Origin: Promethearchaeota archaeon
GTDB taxonomy: Archaea; Asgardarchaeota; Lokiarchaeia; Sigyniarchaeales; SOKP01
Length of the DNA: 64,000 bases
Direction of reading: 5' to 3'
Assembly: GCA_048938025.1 (NCBI GenBank)
Contig: JBHLMP010000007.1
Span: 28,615-92,614 of the forward strand
Part shown: positions 1-10,843 of the stretch, piece after piece
Layout: each line of letters opens with the position of its first letter
Numbering within the stretch: position 1 is the stretch's first letter
The notes under the pieces: model-generated
Told to the model about the DNA's origin: nothing
What the model saw: only the letters and a program-made list of their open reading frames with translations
Databases searched by the model: none
Position numbers and translations under genes: made by a program

Positions 1-442
1 CTGGTAAGCCCATTCTATTTCTTCTTTTATTGATGTTATCTTTTAATCCTCCGGTGTAAGGAACAACAAAGCCGTTGTCATAGAGAACCTCAACCGTACC
101 GGAATACTCTTTAGGTATTTTACCCTCCTTAACTGCCATATTTCGCAAAAGAGCCAAAATAAAGGAATAATCCACATTTTTTGGGCATCTTTCAGTACAT
201 CTATGACATAAGGAACACGTCCAGATTGCTTGACTTGATAGTACTTCCTTCCTTAAACCTAAGAGACATGAAGCAACAACTCTGTGGGGTTGCATGTCTA
301 CATATTCAGTAACTGTGCAACCAGAACTGCATACTCCACATTGTATGCATTTTAATAGGGATTTAGCACCTACTTTTTCACTAATTTCGTAGCGAAAATT
401 CCTATCTAAATCGCTGGCATTTTTTTTAATCATTTCAGTCAT
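1..442 (-). CDS. hdrC: Heterodisulfide reductase subunit C (runs off window start)
   Basis: Not in ORF track. Hand translation from ATG at 442: MTEMIKKNASDLDRNFRYEISEKVGAKSLLKCIQCGVCSSGC...IWTCSLCHRCTERCPKNV, with two 4Fe-4S motifs. Starts 2 nt after the hdrA stop. Confidence 0.9.
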   Translation of the reverse strand, partial: MTEMIKKNASDLDRNFRYEISEKVGAKSLLKCIQCGVCSSGCTVTEYVDMQPHRVVASCLLGLRKEVLSSQAIWTCSLCHRCTERCPKNVDYSFILALLRNMAVKEGKIPKEYSGTVEVLYDNGFVVPYTGGLKDNINKRRNRMGLP

Positions 443-444
443 TT

Positions 445-3400
445 TTAGACACCCTCCTTAGCCTTTTCTTTTTTTGGTCCAATTTTATCTCCTCTTTTAG
501 ATAAAGGACCTAATTCTTTTATTTTATTTACAAATTCAGTGACTACTTCAGAAAATCTTTTTCCTTCGCTTGCAGACACCCATTCAAGACGATAGCGTCT
601 GGGATTAATTCCAACTTTCTCTAGAATCTCATGAATTTCATTATATCGCCTTAACATGTCATAATTACCTTCTAAATAATGACAATCTCCTATATGACAT
701 CCTCCAACAAATACTCCGTCTGCACCCTCCAAAAATGCTTGCAAAATAAAACTTTTTGGAATTCTTCCTGTACACATAACCCTAATAGGTCTGATATTGG
801 TAGGATATTGGAATCGGCTTACACCACACGTATCAGCACCAGCATAACTACACCAGTTGCATAGAAAAGCAACAATTCTGGGTCTTTCATCAATAAAATC
901 CCCTTTAAGTGCCTCTGAAATCATAGGATAAATTTGATCATCAGCAAAATGACTCATTGTAATTGCTCCTGCAGGACAAGCTGCCGAACAATCTCCACAT
1001 CCTTTACACAGTAAAGGATTTGATTGAGATACTAATATATCAAGATCAAAATTTACTCCAATTGCTCCAAAATTACATACTTCCTCGCATTTCTGACAAG
1101 CTATACATAATGCAGGATCCACTACAGATACTAAAGGTTCATTCTCAACCTCACCTGAGATAAGTGGTATTAATGCATGAGCTGCGGCTCCTCGTGCTTG
1201 AGAAATCGCATCAGCAATTCCTTTTGGACCATGACAGGTTCCTGCAAGATAAATTCCATCAGTAGCAAAATCAACAGGCCTTAATTTAATATGAGCTTCT
1301 AAGAAAAAGCCATTTTGATCTCTTGCACACTTTATTAATTCACCAAGTAGTTTAGTGTCATATGGTACTAAGGGTGTAGAAAGAACAACTTTATCTGCCT
1401 TAATAGTAAGATCTATTTGAGTTAGAATATCATTAACATTAACTTTAAGCTTGTCATTAGCAATATCTACTGTTGGATAATCATTAAATCTTATATAGTT
1501 AATACTTTCGCGTGCTTTCCAATAATAAGGTTCCTCATCAGTTCCTACTCTAATATCTCGATATAAGACATAAATATTAGAATTTGGATAATTTTCTTTT
1601 ACATATAATGCATGCCTAATAGATTCAGAACAACAGATTAACGAACAATAAGTAAATCCATTACCTCCTTCTGGCTGTCTTGAACCTACACAATGAATAA
1701 AAACAAGGGTTTCACCATCTTTTAACTCATTATTCTTAAGTTTTTCAGATAATTCAAGTTGAGTTATTACATTTTCATTCTCACCATAATGATACCAACC
1801 CTCAGGTTTATACTCATAAGCACCTGTAGCAGTAATAATAACCCCCACATTCAATTTAGTCTCTATATTTTCTGAATTCTTTTTAACTTTAATTTTAAAA
1901 TCACCAATTGATCCCTTAACGTCCACCACTTCGGATTGTAAATATATTATAATATTTTTCAACTTATTATATTCTTTTAATTTTTCCTCTAAAAATTGCT
2001 TCGAATCTATCTTGTCAAAATTAATTTTGTAAATTAGGTTCAATTGGCCTCCCAATTTATCTGATTTTTCTATAAGGTGAACTTTAAAACCTTTTCCAGC
2101 TATTTCTATAGCCGCACTCATTCCAGAAATTCCACCACCTATGACCAATGCTTCAGGAACAACATGCCCTCTAATTTTAAATTCAGGTTTTTGCTTTCTA
2201 ACTCGAGCTACACCCATCCTGATTAAATCTTTTGCTTTATCGGTTGCTTTTGGATTATCATTCATATGCACCCATGAATCTAATTCTCGGATACTTACGA
2301 AATTAAAAAGATACTCATTTAAACCTGCTTCTCTTATAGTTTTTTGGAATAAAGGCTCGTGAGTTCTGGGGGTGCATGCTGCAACTACGACTCTATTTAA
2401 ATCAAGTTCTTCAATTTTTTCTTTAATAATATCTTGAGTTAATTGTGAACAACTATACTTATTTTCCATAGCATATACTACGTTTGGAAGAGTCTTAGCA
2501 TAATCTACCAAGGTTGGTACATCCATGTAACCAGCAATATTGATACCACATCTACAAATAAATACACCAATTCTAGGTTCTTCATCTGGTTTAATATCTT
2601 TCAATTGTGGAAGTTCAACTTTTTGTTCCTCTTCACTCATTGGTATGGCATGCGTAGCAGCAAGTGTCGCTGAACCTCCTGCTTTTGCTACAGAATTAGC
2701 AATATCATCAGGTGATTGACATGAACCTGTGACATATATTCCTTCACGTGTAGAACGTAGATCTTCTGTAGAGTCTTTAGTTTTGAAGAATCCAAGCTCA
2801 TTCCGTTCAATCCCTAAGATATTTGCTAATTTATCAGCATCCTTTCGAGGAATCACAGCGTTTGCGAGCACTACAAGATCAAATTCACTTACCTCGACTT
2901 CACCAGTATCGAGGTTTGCATGCTTAACATAAAGATTATGATTTTCTGGATTTTCACGGATATCTCCGGGAATGCCTCTATAGTAAACAAGACCATACTC
3001 TTCTTTAGCTCTCTCAATAAATTCTTCTTGATTCTTTCCTATTACTCTTATATCATTAAAGAAAATAGTAACATTTGTATCAGGAGCATGCTCTCTGGTA
3101 ACTACACCTTCCTTCGTTTGATACATACAACAAAATTTAGAACAATAGGCACAAAGATCTTCATTACGAGACCCAACGCAGCTTATGAATGCAATTTTAT
3201 GAGCATGTTCATTATCTGAAGGTCGTAAGAGCTCTCCTCCTGTAGGACCTGAGGCACTTAATAACCGCTCATATTGCATAGCTGTAACAACATTGGGATA
3301 CTCTCCATAGTGATATCTGTCTAAAACTGAAGGATCTAATTGATCATAACCTGTAGCCACAATAATCGAAGCAACATTATATTCCACGACCTCATCTTTA

Positions 3401-3942
3401 TCATCCCAATTAATTGCTCCTGCTTCACATTCTTTCTCGCAAAGCTGGCAAGCTTCTTTAGTGAGATAAAGACATTTCTCAGCATCAATAACTGCTTTCC
3501 TCGGAACAGCTTGTGGAAATGGAATGTATATAGCAGTTCTATTCCCCATTCCCTCCTCAAACTCGGAAGGTATCTTTTTCATGGGACACTTTTCAGAGCA
3601 AGCTCCACACCCAGTACATTTTTCCCAGTCTACATACCTTGCTTTTTTCAATACTTTTACGGTAAAATCTCCAGCTTCACCAGATATGTCTTGAACTTCA
3701 GAATACGCAAGAAGTTCAATGTTAGGATGTCTGGAACTTTCTACCATTTTTGGTGCTAGTATACATATACTACAATCCAAAGTAGGGAAGGTTTTATCAA
3801 GTTGAGCCATTCTACCCCCTACTGAGGAGGTTCTTTCCACGAGGATCACTTTATATCCTTGGTCTGCTAATGTGAGGCTAGCTTCAATTCCACTAATACC
3901 TCCACCGATAACCATCACTGAACTTAATCTATTTTTCACCAT
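445..3942 (-). CDS. hdrA: HdrA-like flavoprotein (two HdrA modules) fused to a C-terminal MvhD domain
   Basis: Two GGGISG FAD motifs, GGRMAQLDKTFPTLDCSICIL, CVGSR motifs, ACTPRTHE, ferredoxin CxxCxxCxxxC motifs; C-terminal FLCNWCSYAGAD...RVMCTGR...GCHIGDCHY (MvhD). Confidence 0.93.
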   Translation of the reverse strand: MVKNRLSSVMVIGGGISGIEASLTLADQGYKVILVERTSSVGGRMAQLDKTFPTLDCSICILAPKMVESSRHPNIELLAYSEVQDISGEAGDFTVKVLKKARYVDWEKCTGCGACSEKCPMKKIPSEFEEGMGNRTAIYIPFPQAVPRKAVIDAEKCLYLTKEACQLCEKECEAGAINWDDKDEVVEYNVASIIVATGYDQLDPSVLDRYHYGEYPNVVTAMQYERLLSASGPTGGELLRPSDNEHAHKIAFISCVGSRNEDLCAYCSKFCCMYQTKEGVVTREHAPDTNVTIFFNDIRVIGKNQEEFIERAKEEYGLVYYRGIPGDIRENPENHNLYVKHANLDTGEVEVSEFDLVVLANAVIPRKDADKLANILGIERNELGFFKTKDSTEDLRSTREGIYVTGSCQSPDDIANSVAKAGGSATLAATHAIPMSEEEQKVELPQLKDIKPDEEPRIGVFICRCGINIAGYMDVPTLVDYAKTLPNVVYAMENKYSCSQLTQDIIKEKIEELDLNRVVVAACTPRTHEPLFQKTIREAGLNEYLFNFVSIRELDSWVHMNDNPKATDKAKDLIRMGVARVRKQKPEFKIRGHVVPEALVIGGGISGMSAAIEIAGKGFKVHLIEKSDKLGGQLNLIYKINFDKIDSKQFLEEKLKEYNKLKNIIIYLQSEVVDVKGSIGDFKIKVKKNSENIETKLNVGVIITATGAYEYKPEGWYHYGENENVITQLELSEKLKNNELKDGETLVFIHCVGSRQPEGGNGFTYCSLICCSESIRHALYVKENYPNSNIYVLYRDIRVGTDEEPYYWKARESINYIRFNDYPTVDIANDKLKVNVNDILTQIDLTIKADKVVLSTPLVPYDTKLLGELIKCARDQNGFFLEAHIKLRPVDFATDGIYLAGTCHGPKGIADAISQARGAAAHALIPLISGEVENEPLVSVVDPALCIACQKCEEVCNFGAIGVNFDLDILVSQSNPLLCKGCGDCSAACPAGAITMSHFADDQIYPMISEALKGDFIDERPRIVAFLCNWCSYAGADTCGVSRFQYPTNIRPIRVMCTGRIPKSFILQAFLEGADGVFVGGCHIGDCHYLEGNYDMLRRYNEIHEILEKVGINPRRYRLEWVSASEGKRFSEVVTEFVNKIKELGPLSKRGDKIGPKKEKAKEGV

Positions 3943-4472
3943 ATTTTTTCAATTTTCGTAATTTTTTATTTAAATTTTAGCAATTTCAGATATTTATTCA
4001 AAATTTTTGGTTATTTTTGAAAATTTTTATTAATTTAAATAAGAGAAAGAATTTTGATGATCATTAATAGACAAAAATCTATATAAAACTTTGTATAAAC
4101 TTACAAAAAAATGAAAAATATTATTGAAAAAGGTCATAAAAAGTTAATGAAGAATCGGGAAATTCTATAATTGCTGAGTAATAGTAATTTTAATATTAAA
4201 TTTTACAACTTTCAAAAAATAATTTTTCTGTCAAATTCAAAGTAAAAGAGATTAAGTGATAAATGAAATTAAAAAAAACAAATAAATAACACATATCGTA
4301 GAAATTTACTTCATTCTAAAAAAAGATAGAACATTTAAATTTGTCGAATCTATTAGATTGTTAGATGTTAACAAAGTACTAATAAAAAAAGTATTATATT
4401 TCAATATATTACATTACTTTAAATATAAAAATAAGTAGTTGATAAATAAAAATAGCATTTTGGTGATACAAT

Positions 4473-5153
4473 ATAAAAATTGTGGTCTCTGGTCCTCTTA
4501 GTAGCGGAAAGTCCAGTTTCATTAGGTACTTAGATGAAAATGCACTGAATGTTGAAGCTAAAGGCATAGATGACAGATATTACACTGTAGGAATGGATTT
4601 GGGTAGCATTAAGTTAAATGGTTTTGATGTATTTTTATTTGGGACTCCAGGATTATTAAGATTCAATGTTATGAGAGATGTAGTTGTTAAAGGTACAGAT
4701 GGAGTTATTTTTATCTTTGATGCGGCTCATCCAGAAAAAGATGAGGATGCTATTGTTATTTTAAATGCTATTAGAAAAGTTATCCCTGCTGATACACCAA
4801 TAATATACTTGGCTAATAAACAAGATATTGAGGATGCTCGAACTTCTGAGGTCGTGCGATCACAAAATTACCTACCGCAAAATGCAAAATTTTTTCCCAC
4901 TAGTACTAAAACTGGAGACAATGTAGAAGAATCCTTAAAATATATTGTAAATCAGGTTTTTGATAATTATTCCTCTCTCCTTCAGACTCTTCAAATATAT
5001 GAAAAAGATATAGAAGGATTAGCAAAAGAACTAAATAAAGATAAGTTTGAAATGAGAGATTTCTTGAATAACCTTGAGATAAAGCGTTTTATTGATATTG
5101 ATAGGTTAAATAAGACTTATAAAGTCAAAAAAGGATTAAAACTTCTAATGTAA
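4473..5153 (+). CDS. Small GTPase of MglA/CvnD-like type with C-terminal helical or winged-helix-like extension
   Basis: GPLSSGKS (G1), TVGMD, FGTPG (G3 variant), NKQD (G4), STK (G5). ORF track starts at GTG 4482, but the in-frame beta1 strand IKIVV extends to ATA 4473 behind GGTGA. Confidence 0.8.
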   Translation: MKIVVSGPLSSGKSSFIRYLDENALNVEAKGIDDRYYTVGMDLGSIKLNGFDVFLFGTPGLLRFNVMRDVVVKGTDGVIFIFDAAHPEKDEDAIVILNAIRKVIPADTPIIYLANKQDIEDARTSEVVRSQNYLPQNAKFFPTSTKTGDNVEESLKYIVNQVFDNYSSLLQTLQIYEKDIEGLAKELNKDKFEMRDFLNNLEIKRFIDIDRLNKTYKVKKGLKLLM

Positions 5154-5173
5154 ACACATATATTAAACAAGTT

Positions 5174-7048
5174 TTATAATTCAAAGGGAGAAATTACATC
5201 CTTATTATACTTTTTACTAAGGGTTAACAATTCAGATCTTTCTATTTCCAAAACCCTCCAAAAGAAATCTGGTATTTCTTTTTCTTTCTTGTACATTGCT
5301 TCAACTCTGTCTAATTTTTCAAGCAGATATTGAATTCTAATTGAAAATTGTTCTATATAATCATTTTCTGAATACTCTTTATTCAAATAAATCTTAAAAA
5401 TTTCTTTCAAGTCTTTATATTGAGGAATGAAACCAATAGGTGTATTTATTGCATCATAATCTCCATTTGTTCTTCCTTCAGCCCATATCACCCAACATAG
5501 TTTATCTAATATACCATTTAGATACTTTCCATTCCGAGGATTTTTGAGAAAATAATTTGTGGCAAAAACTCTTGGAGGATATTTTAATCTACTCCCAAAT
5601 TTCTGGTGGTTTTTTAAATATTTTCCTAAGGGAACAACTATAAAATCTAAATTTGCCATTGGTTGTTGGGATCGTACACCCTCTGCACCTAGTGTCGCAG
5701 AGGTTGTTTCAGACTCGATAGAAGCTCCAAGGAAGACTCCATGCTCCCAATTAAGGCATTCTAATACTGGAGGCATTGTATCGCTATCTCGACCTCCATA
5801 AAAAATACCATGAACGGGTACTCCGTCTGGATTATGTAAATTAGGATCTACATTATCTAATTCTTCAATCCTAATAGTATATCTAGCATTGGGATGAGCA
5901 TGAGGGATTTCTTTACCGTCCTTATCTTTCTTCCCGATGTTCCATTTGCCTGAGTAGTTTAAACCCTCATTGGGAATATCTCTTCCATCCCCAAGCCAAT
6001 AAGGTGTCCCGTTAGAGATTAATACATTAGAAAAAATAGTTTCTCGAGGAGTGGTAAGAGCTTCAAAAATGACAGGATCATCTTCAGCATTTACATCCTT
6101 AATAATTCCAAAGATTCCTCGTTCGATGTTAGCAGCATGTGCATAACCATCCTCCCAAACTCGAAGATATGCAATATCATCCCCTACAATCGTTTGTCCT
6201 GGGAGCATTGCAGTACTAGTTTTACCACAGGCACTAGGAAAAGCTCCACAAAAATATGATACACGGTCTTTTCCTTTGGGATCTACACCCATAATAAAGT
6301 AATGTTCTGCCAACCAATCCTCATTGTTAGCTTTGTAGATAGCTAACCTAAGTGCAAGTTTTTTTAGTCCCAATGAATTTCCAGCATATTGATTATTAAC
6401 TGAAAGAACTCTAGCTTCTTGTAGATCTACATAGATCCTGCGTTTTTCAAGATTCTTGGTAACAGGAGTGTCTCCAATTAATTCTCCCGAGGAATGGATA
6501 AAATAAAAAAAATCATTAGAGCCATTTAGTCTTTTAAATTCCTCATAACCTGTTCTATAAAGAAGATCCTCGGAATGGGCAACATAAAATGAATCGGTTA
6601 ATTGAAGTGCTAGTATAGAAAATTTAGAATTTTTTGGACCTAAGCAAAAAAATCTTATTATACACTCATGACCTTCCATGCATCCATCCATAATTTCTAA
6701 AATTTCATTTAAACCTTTTTCTCTTTCCATTGTATTTATCCAAGGGTAAGAACCCTTTTCTTTTTTAGATACTAAAATCTGAGTATTTGTCTTGTCCCTT
6801 GCTTGATCATGATTAGACATTGTTAAGAAGCCATCATAATGGATCGTATGACCCTCGAGAGTTAGATTTTCTTCCTCTTTTACCTCAATAGCTCTTCTTC
6901 TTACATAGTCTATATCTTCTTTACTATCAGTTATAACTGTAACTTTACTCGGTTTACATAGATTAATAAATTCCTTTACTATCCCTAAAACATTTTTATT
7001 ATTGAGAGCATTTAGTTTTTCAAGATTTGGTTGACTTATTACTTCCAT
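5174..7048 (-). CDS. pckG: Phosphoenolpyruvate carboxykinase (GTP)
   Basis: YAGNSLGLKK, WLAEH, FPSACGKTS, VGDDIA, HPNARY, YGGRD motifs. Confidence 0.95.
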   Translation of the reverse strand: MEVISQPNLEKLNALNNKNVLGIVKEFINLCKPSKVTVITDSKEDIDYVRRRAIEVKEEENLTLEGHTIHYDGFLTMSNHDQARDKTNTQILVSKKEKGSYPWINTMEREKGLNEILEIMDGCMEGHECIIRFFCLGPKNSKFSILALQLTDSFYVAHSEDLLYRTGYEEFKRLNGSNDFFYFIHSSGELIGDTPVTKNLEKRRIYVDLQEARVLSVNNQYAGNSLGLKKLALRLAIYKANNEDWLAEHYFIMGVDPKGKDRVSYFCGAFPSACGKTSTAMLPGQTIVGDDIAYLRVWEDGYAHAANIERGIFGIIKDVNAEDDPVIFEALTTPRETIFSNVLISNGTPYWLGDGRDIPNEGLNYSGKWNIGKKDKDGKEIPHAHPNARYTIRIEELDNVDPNLHNPDGVPVHGIFYGGRDSDTMPPVLECLNWEHGVFLGASIESETTSATLGAEGVRSQQPMANLDFIVVPLGKYLKNHQKFGSRLKYPPRVFATNYFLKNPRNGKYLNGILDKLCWVIWAEGRTNGDYDAINTPIGFIPQYKDLKEIFKIYLNKEYSENDYIEQFSIRIQYLLEKLDRVEAMYKKEKEIPDFFWRVLEIERSELLTLSKKYNKDVISPFEL

Positions 7049-7197
7049 AGCGATAAATTTCCTGTAATTTTATTAGAAAATTAATTTAATTGATAAAGAT
7101 GTTACAAGAAAATTATTTCAACTCTTTTAATTTTATCTAAATACTTTTCAAGAAATTGAATAAAAAAATAAAGAAAAAAATTAAACAAAAATATTTA

Positions 7198-8787
7198 TTA
7201 CTTCTCTTTAGAACCTTTAGAGCTAATAATACGATCTATCCTAAGTATCAAATTTGCGAGTTCGCTTCCAGCTTTAATTATATGATTAATTAGAGCAGCA
7301 GGTTCAACTATTCCTTTTTGAAAATTATCTCCAATTGAATTAGTAATAGTATCAATCCCAATCCATTTATTTGCCTCTGTTTTATGTGCTGCTCTTAATT
7401 CAGTCATTTTTTCTATTTCTTCCAAGCCAGCGTTTTTTATTAGTGTTTTAGGAATTTCTTCTAGTGCCAATGCAAAGGCAGAAACAGCAAGCTGTTCTTT
7501 TCCACCAATCTCATTAGCATAAGTTCTCAATCTTTTAGCTAATTCTATATAAACTGCCCCTCCCCCTGCTACAACTGTTTGTGTATCCATAATTTTGGCG
7601 ATGACAGATAATACATCATGTAATGAGACTTCTGCTGTATTTAATATTTTTTCAAGACCACCCTTTAGTAAAATTGACACTGATTTTGGATTTTTACATC
7701 CAGAAAATAACGTATATTCGTCATCTCCAATTTTTTCAAAGTGTATTTTTTGAGCAAATCCTAAATCATCTTCAGTTAATGAAGTTAAATCATCTACAAG
7801 CTTAGCACCAACCGCTTTTAGAATAGATTTATAATCGCTTTCACCAACACTTTTAATAGCTGCAATTCCCTCCTTTGCTAAATATGCACCAAATTTATCA
7901 GAGATATCACTATTATTTACAACCATAGTAACTCCTAAATCTTTAAAATTTTTCATGTAATTTTGTAGTATTTGATCTTCTTGGTTAAGGAATTTTTGAA
8001 TCTCTGAAGGGCTCGAAATTCTGATCTGAGCATCAAATTCAGTTTTTTTAACATCTAATTTTCTTCTTATAACAGCTATTTTTGCATTTCTTAATGTCTC
8101 TGGCATCCCAGGATGGACTTTCTCTTTTTGAATATATACCCCATTTATTAATTGTGAATCACTTAGTGCTTTTCCAGCAGCTTTAACAATTTTAATATCC
8201 CCTACTTTTGTAAATGTGTTTCCATCGTCATCTTCTATATGTTTCACTGCTTTTAAAGTCAATTCTGAAAAAAAATCTTTTAGTGGAGCAATATCTTTTG
8301 AGTTCATTGCAGTTTTAGCTGCACTTTTGAGGATTTTATCATCATCCTTAGATATTTTAAATGCAAGTTCGTTTAATATTTGAAGTGCTTTATCTGCTGC
8401 TAATTTATAACCATGGGTAATGGGTTTAGGATGGATGTCTTGCTCAATTAGTTCTAATGCATTTCTTAATAACGAAGCTGAAAAAATTACTACAGAAGTC
8501 GTTCCATCTCCGATGTCATCATCAATAGATTTTGCCACATTTACCATCATATTCGCAGAAATGTTTTCAATGTCTAAATTTTTGAGGATCTCAGCCCCAT
8601 CATTTGTAATTGTCACGTCACCTAGCGAATCTACAAGCATTTTAGACATACCCTTTGGACCGAGGGTTGAGCGGACTGTTTCGGCTATAGCAACCATTGC
8701 ATTAATATTTTGCTTTCTTGCTTCATTCTCTCGAACTTCTTCAGTACCTTCTTTAAGAATTATTATTGGTACATTTCCAAATGACAT
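7198..8787 (-). CDS. ths: Thermosome (group II chaperonin) subunit
   Basis: TLGPKGM, ITNDGA, GDGTTS, VAGGGA, ILRID motifs. Confidence 0.95.
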   Translation of the reverse strand: MSFGNVPIIILKEGTEEVRENEARKQNINAMVAIAETVRSTLGPKGMSKMLVDSLGDVTITNDGAEILKNLDIENISANMMVNVAKSIDDDIGDGTTSVVIFSASLLRNALELIEQDIHPKPITHGYKLAADKALQILNELAFKISKDDDKILKSAAKTAMNSKDIAPLKDFFSELTLKAVKHIEDDDGNTFTKVGDIKIVKAAGKALSDSQLINGVYIQKEKVHPGMPETLRNAKIAVIRRKLDVKKTEFDAQIRISSPSEIQKFLNQEDQILQNYMKNFKDLGVTMVVNNSDISDKFGAYLAKEGIAAIKSVGESDYKSILKAVGAKLVDDLTSLTEDDLGFAQKIHFEKIGDDEYTLFSGCKNPKSVSILLKGGLEKILNTAEVSLHDVLSVIAKIMDTQTVVAGGGAVYIELAKRLRTYANEIGGKEQLAVSAFALALEEIPKTLIKNAGLEEIEKMTELRAAHKTEANKWIGIDTITNSIGDNFQKGIVEPAALINHIIKAGSELANLILRIDRIISSKGSKEK

Positions 8788-8925
8788 TCATTTTCACTTC
8801 CTAAGTACTATTTGAATTATAATCCGATTTTATTTTTTGTTTATTTATAAAGATCTCTATGTCATAAAATTAAAAAACTTTGTTATTTCAAGTGAATAAA
8901 GAAATAAGAGTTTTTAAGAGAAATT

Positions 8926-9408
8926 CTAAGTTTTTTTTGCCTTTTCGACTTCTTTGAAGTCGATAAAGCTAGTATTTTTATACTCCTTAAGGATCATATT
9001 TGAGTTAGTTCGCACGATATATTCTTTTTTATTCAATTCTCTGATAAAATTATGAACATCCTCAGATTCTTTAAATCTGCATATTAGTGCGGCTGATTGT
9101 TCTCCTGTTGTATGGAAAACTGAACAAACTTCAGGGATCTCAGCGATCTCACCTAGGATATCTTCTGTATGTTTACCATCAATATTAATACGAATTAAAA
9201 AAGTTAATTTATAACCCAATTTTTCATTGTTGAGTTTTAGAGTATAACCTTCAATAATTTGATTATCTTTAAGTTTAGAGATTCGATTATGGATTGTTCC
9301 AATTGAAATTTTCAATTGATTTTGAATTTCTCGGTAAGACGTACGAGCATTATTTTGCAATATTCTTATGATTTCCTTATCAATATCGTCAAGTTGTTCT
9401 TTTTTCAT
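8926..9408 (-). CDS. Lrp/AsnC family transcriptional regulator
   Basis: LDDIDKEIIRILQNNAR HTH, TIHNRISKL, TTGE RAM domain. Confidence 0.92.
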   Translation of the reverse strand: MKKEQLDDIDKEIIRILQNNARTSYREIQNQLKISIGTIHNRISKLKDNQIIEGYTLKLNNEKLGYKLTFLIRINIDGKHTEDILGEIAEIPEVCSVFHTTGEQSAALICRFKESEDVHNFIRELNKKEYIVRTNSNMILKEYKNTSFIDFKEVEKAKKT

Positions 9409-9712
9409 TGAAAATCTTACCTACATATTCTAACAAATAGTTAATTAAATTTTTAAAAACCAATATAAAATATTTTGAAGACTATTTATAATTTTATAAA
9501 ATTTAAACAAAAAACAATCAATTTTTGAAAATTGTTTAAATATCATTTTATAAATATTAATGGATTAGGTATTAGCTCTTCATTTATTTTCGAATAGTTA
9601 AAGATTTATATCTTCCTTTATTTGTTCTTTGGAAAAATTCTTCATATGTATCAAAATTTTTTATTTAGATTATCCTTTTATTATTAACTATAAAACTAAA
9701 AAGGAAATTAAA

Positions 9713-10798
9713 ATGCCTAATATTGACCCATGGGGTTCCACTCCTATTGAAGAGGAAGATTATGATAGAATAAAAAAGGAGTTCGGAATTGAAGAAATAA
9801 GCGAAAGTTTGCGTCAAAAATTAATTAAAAATCGTTTTATTAGAAGAAAGATAATTTTTGGACACCGTGATATACTAGATATTTTAAAAGCTATAGAGAG
9901 AGGGAAGCCATGGGCTGTTATGAGTGGAATCAAACCATCAGGACCATTTCATTTAGGAACACTTACAACAGCACTCGAAATTGTAGAATTTCAAAAAATG
10001 GGTGGAAAAGCGTATTATGGTATTGCCGATATTGAAACTTGGGAAGATAATGGATTGACTTATGAAGAATCAGAAGAATTCGCTATAGATAATCTGGCTG
10101 ATATTTTAGCGTCAGGCTTAGATCCTGATAAAGCTTATATTTGGAGACAGTCAAAAGAGCCAATAGTGAAAGATGTATGTTTCAAAGTTAGTAGATTAGT
10201 AACACAGAATATGTTAAATGCCATTTATGGCGAGAAAACATTTGGACTTTACTTATCAGCACTGATACAAGTGGGTGATATTGTATTACCTCAAATCATG
10301 GAAAATCCACAACCAACAGTAGTACCAGTTGGAATTGATCAAGATCCTCACATAAGACTTACAAGGGATTTAACTCGTAGATATTATAAAGGCTTTTTTT
10401 TACCTGGGGCGACTTACCATTATTTACTAGCTGGAATAGATGGTTCAGATAAAATGGCAAAAAGGAATCCTAATAGCTACTTTACATTTAATGAGCCCTT
10501 AGAATCGATAGAAAAGAAAATTATGGGCGCCCTTACAGGAGGAAGAAAAAATAAAAAGGAACAACAAAAACTAGGGGGAGAACCTCAAAAGTGCATGATT
10601 TATAAAATGTTGATGTATACTTTTGAGGAAGACGATGAAAAGTTAGCCAGCGATTTTGAAAGTTGTATTAAGGGAGAATTAATGTGTGGAGATCATAAAC
10701 GAGAATGCGTTGAGAAAGTATTGAAATTTATAGAAAATCATAGAAAGAAAAAAGAAAAATTATTAAATAAAGCTAGAAAACTTTTGATTATTGATTAA
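9713..10798 (+). CDS. trpS: Tryptophanyl-tRNA synthetase (archaeal type)
   Basis: IDPWG N-terminus (ATG 9713 preferred over TTG 9629), GIKPSGPFHLG, PVGIDQDPH, KMAK, ALTGG, MCGDHK. Confidence 0.93.
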   Translation: MPNIDPWGSTPIEEEDYDRIKKEFGIEEISESLRQKLIKNRFIRRKIIFGHRDILDILKAIERGKPWAVMSGIKPSGPFHLGTLTTALEIVEFQKMGGKAYYGIADIETWEDNGLTYEESEEFAIDNLADILASGLDPDKAYIWRQSKEPIVKDVCFKVSRLVTQNMLNAIYGEKTFGLYLSALIQVGDIVLPQIMENPQPTVVPVGIDQDPHIRLTRDLTRRYYKGFFLPGATYHYLLAGIDGSDKMAKRNPNSYFTFNEPLESIEKKIMGALTGGRKNKKEQQKLGGEPQKCMIYKMLMYTFEEDDEKLASDFESCIKGELMCGDHKRECVEKVLKFIENHRKKKEKLLNKARKLLIID

Positions 10799-10843
10799 TC
10801 CTTTTTATATTGCTATTTCTTGAATTTTTTTAGATATATCAAA

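Noticed and set aside
679-3759. Short ORFs within hdrA (and similar ones inside pckG, ths, glyA, kinases, mutS, iorA)
   Set aside because: Fully overlap well-supported genes and lack recognisable motifs
1-3942. Selenocysteine recoding in hdrA/mvhD/hdrC
   Set aside because: No in-frame TGA within these coding regions in the window
9629-9712. N-terminal extension of TrpRS from TTG 9629
   Set aside because: AT-rich promoter-like sequence; the family N-terminus (IDPWG) begins right after ATG 9713
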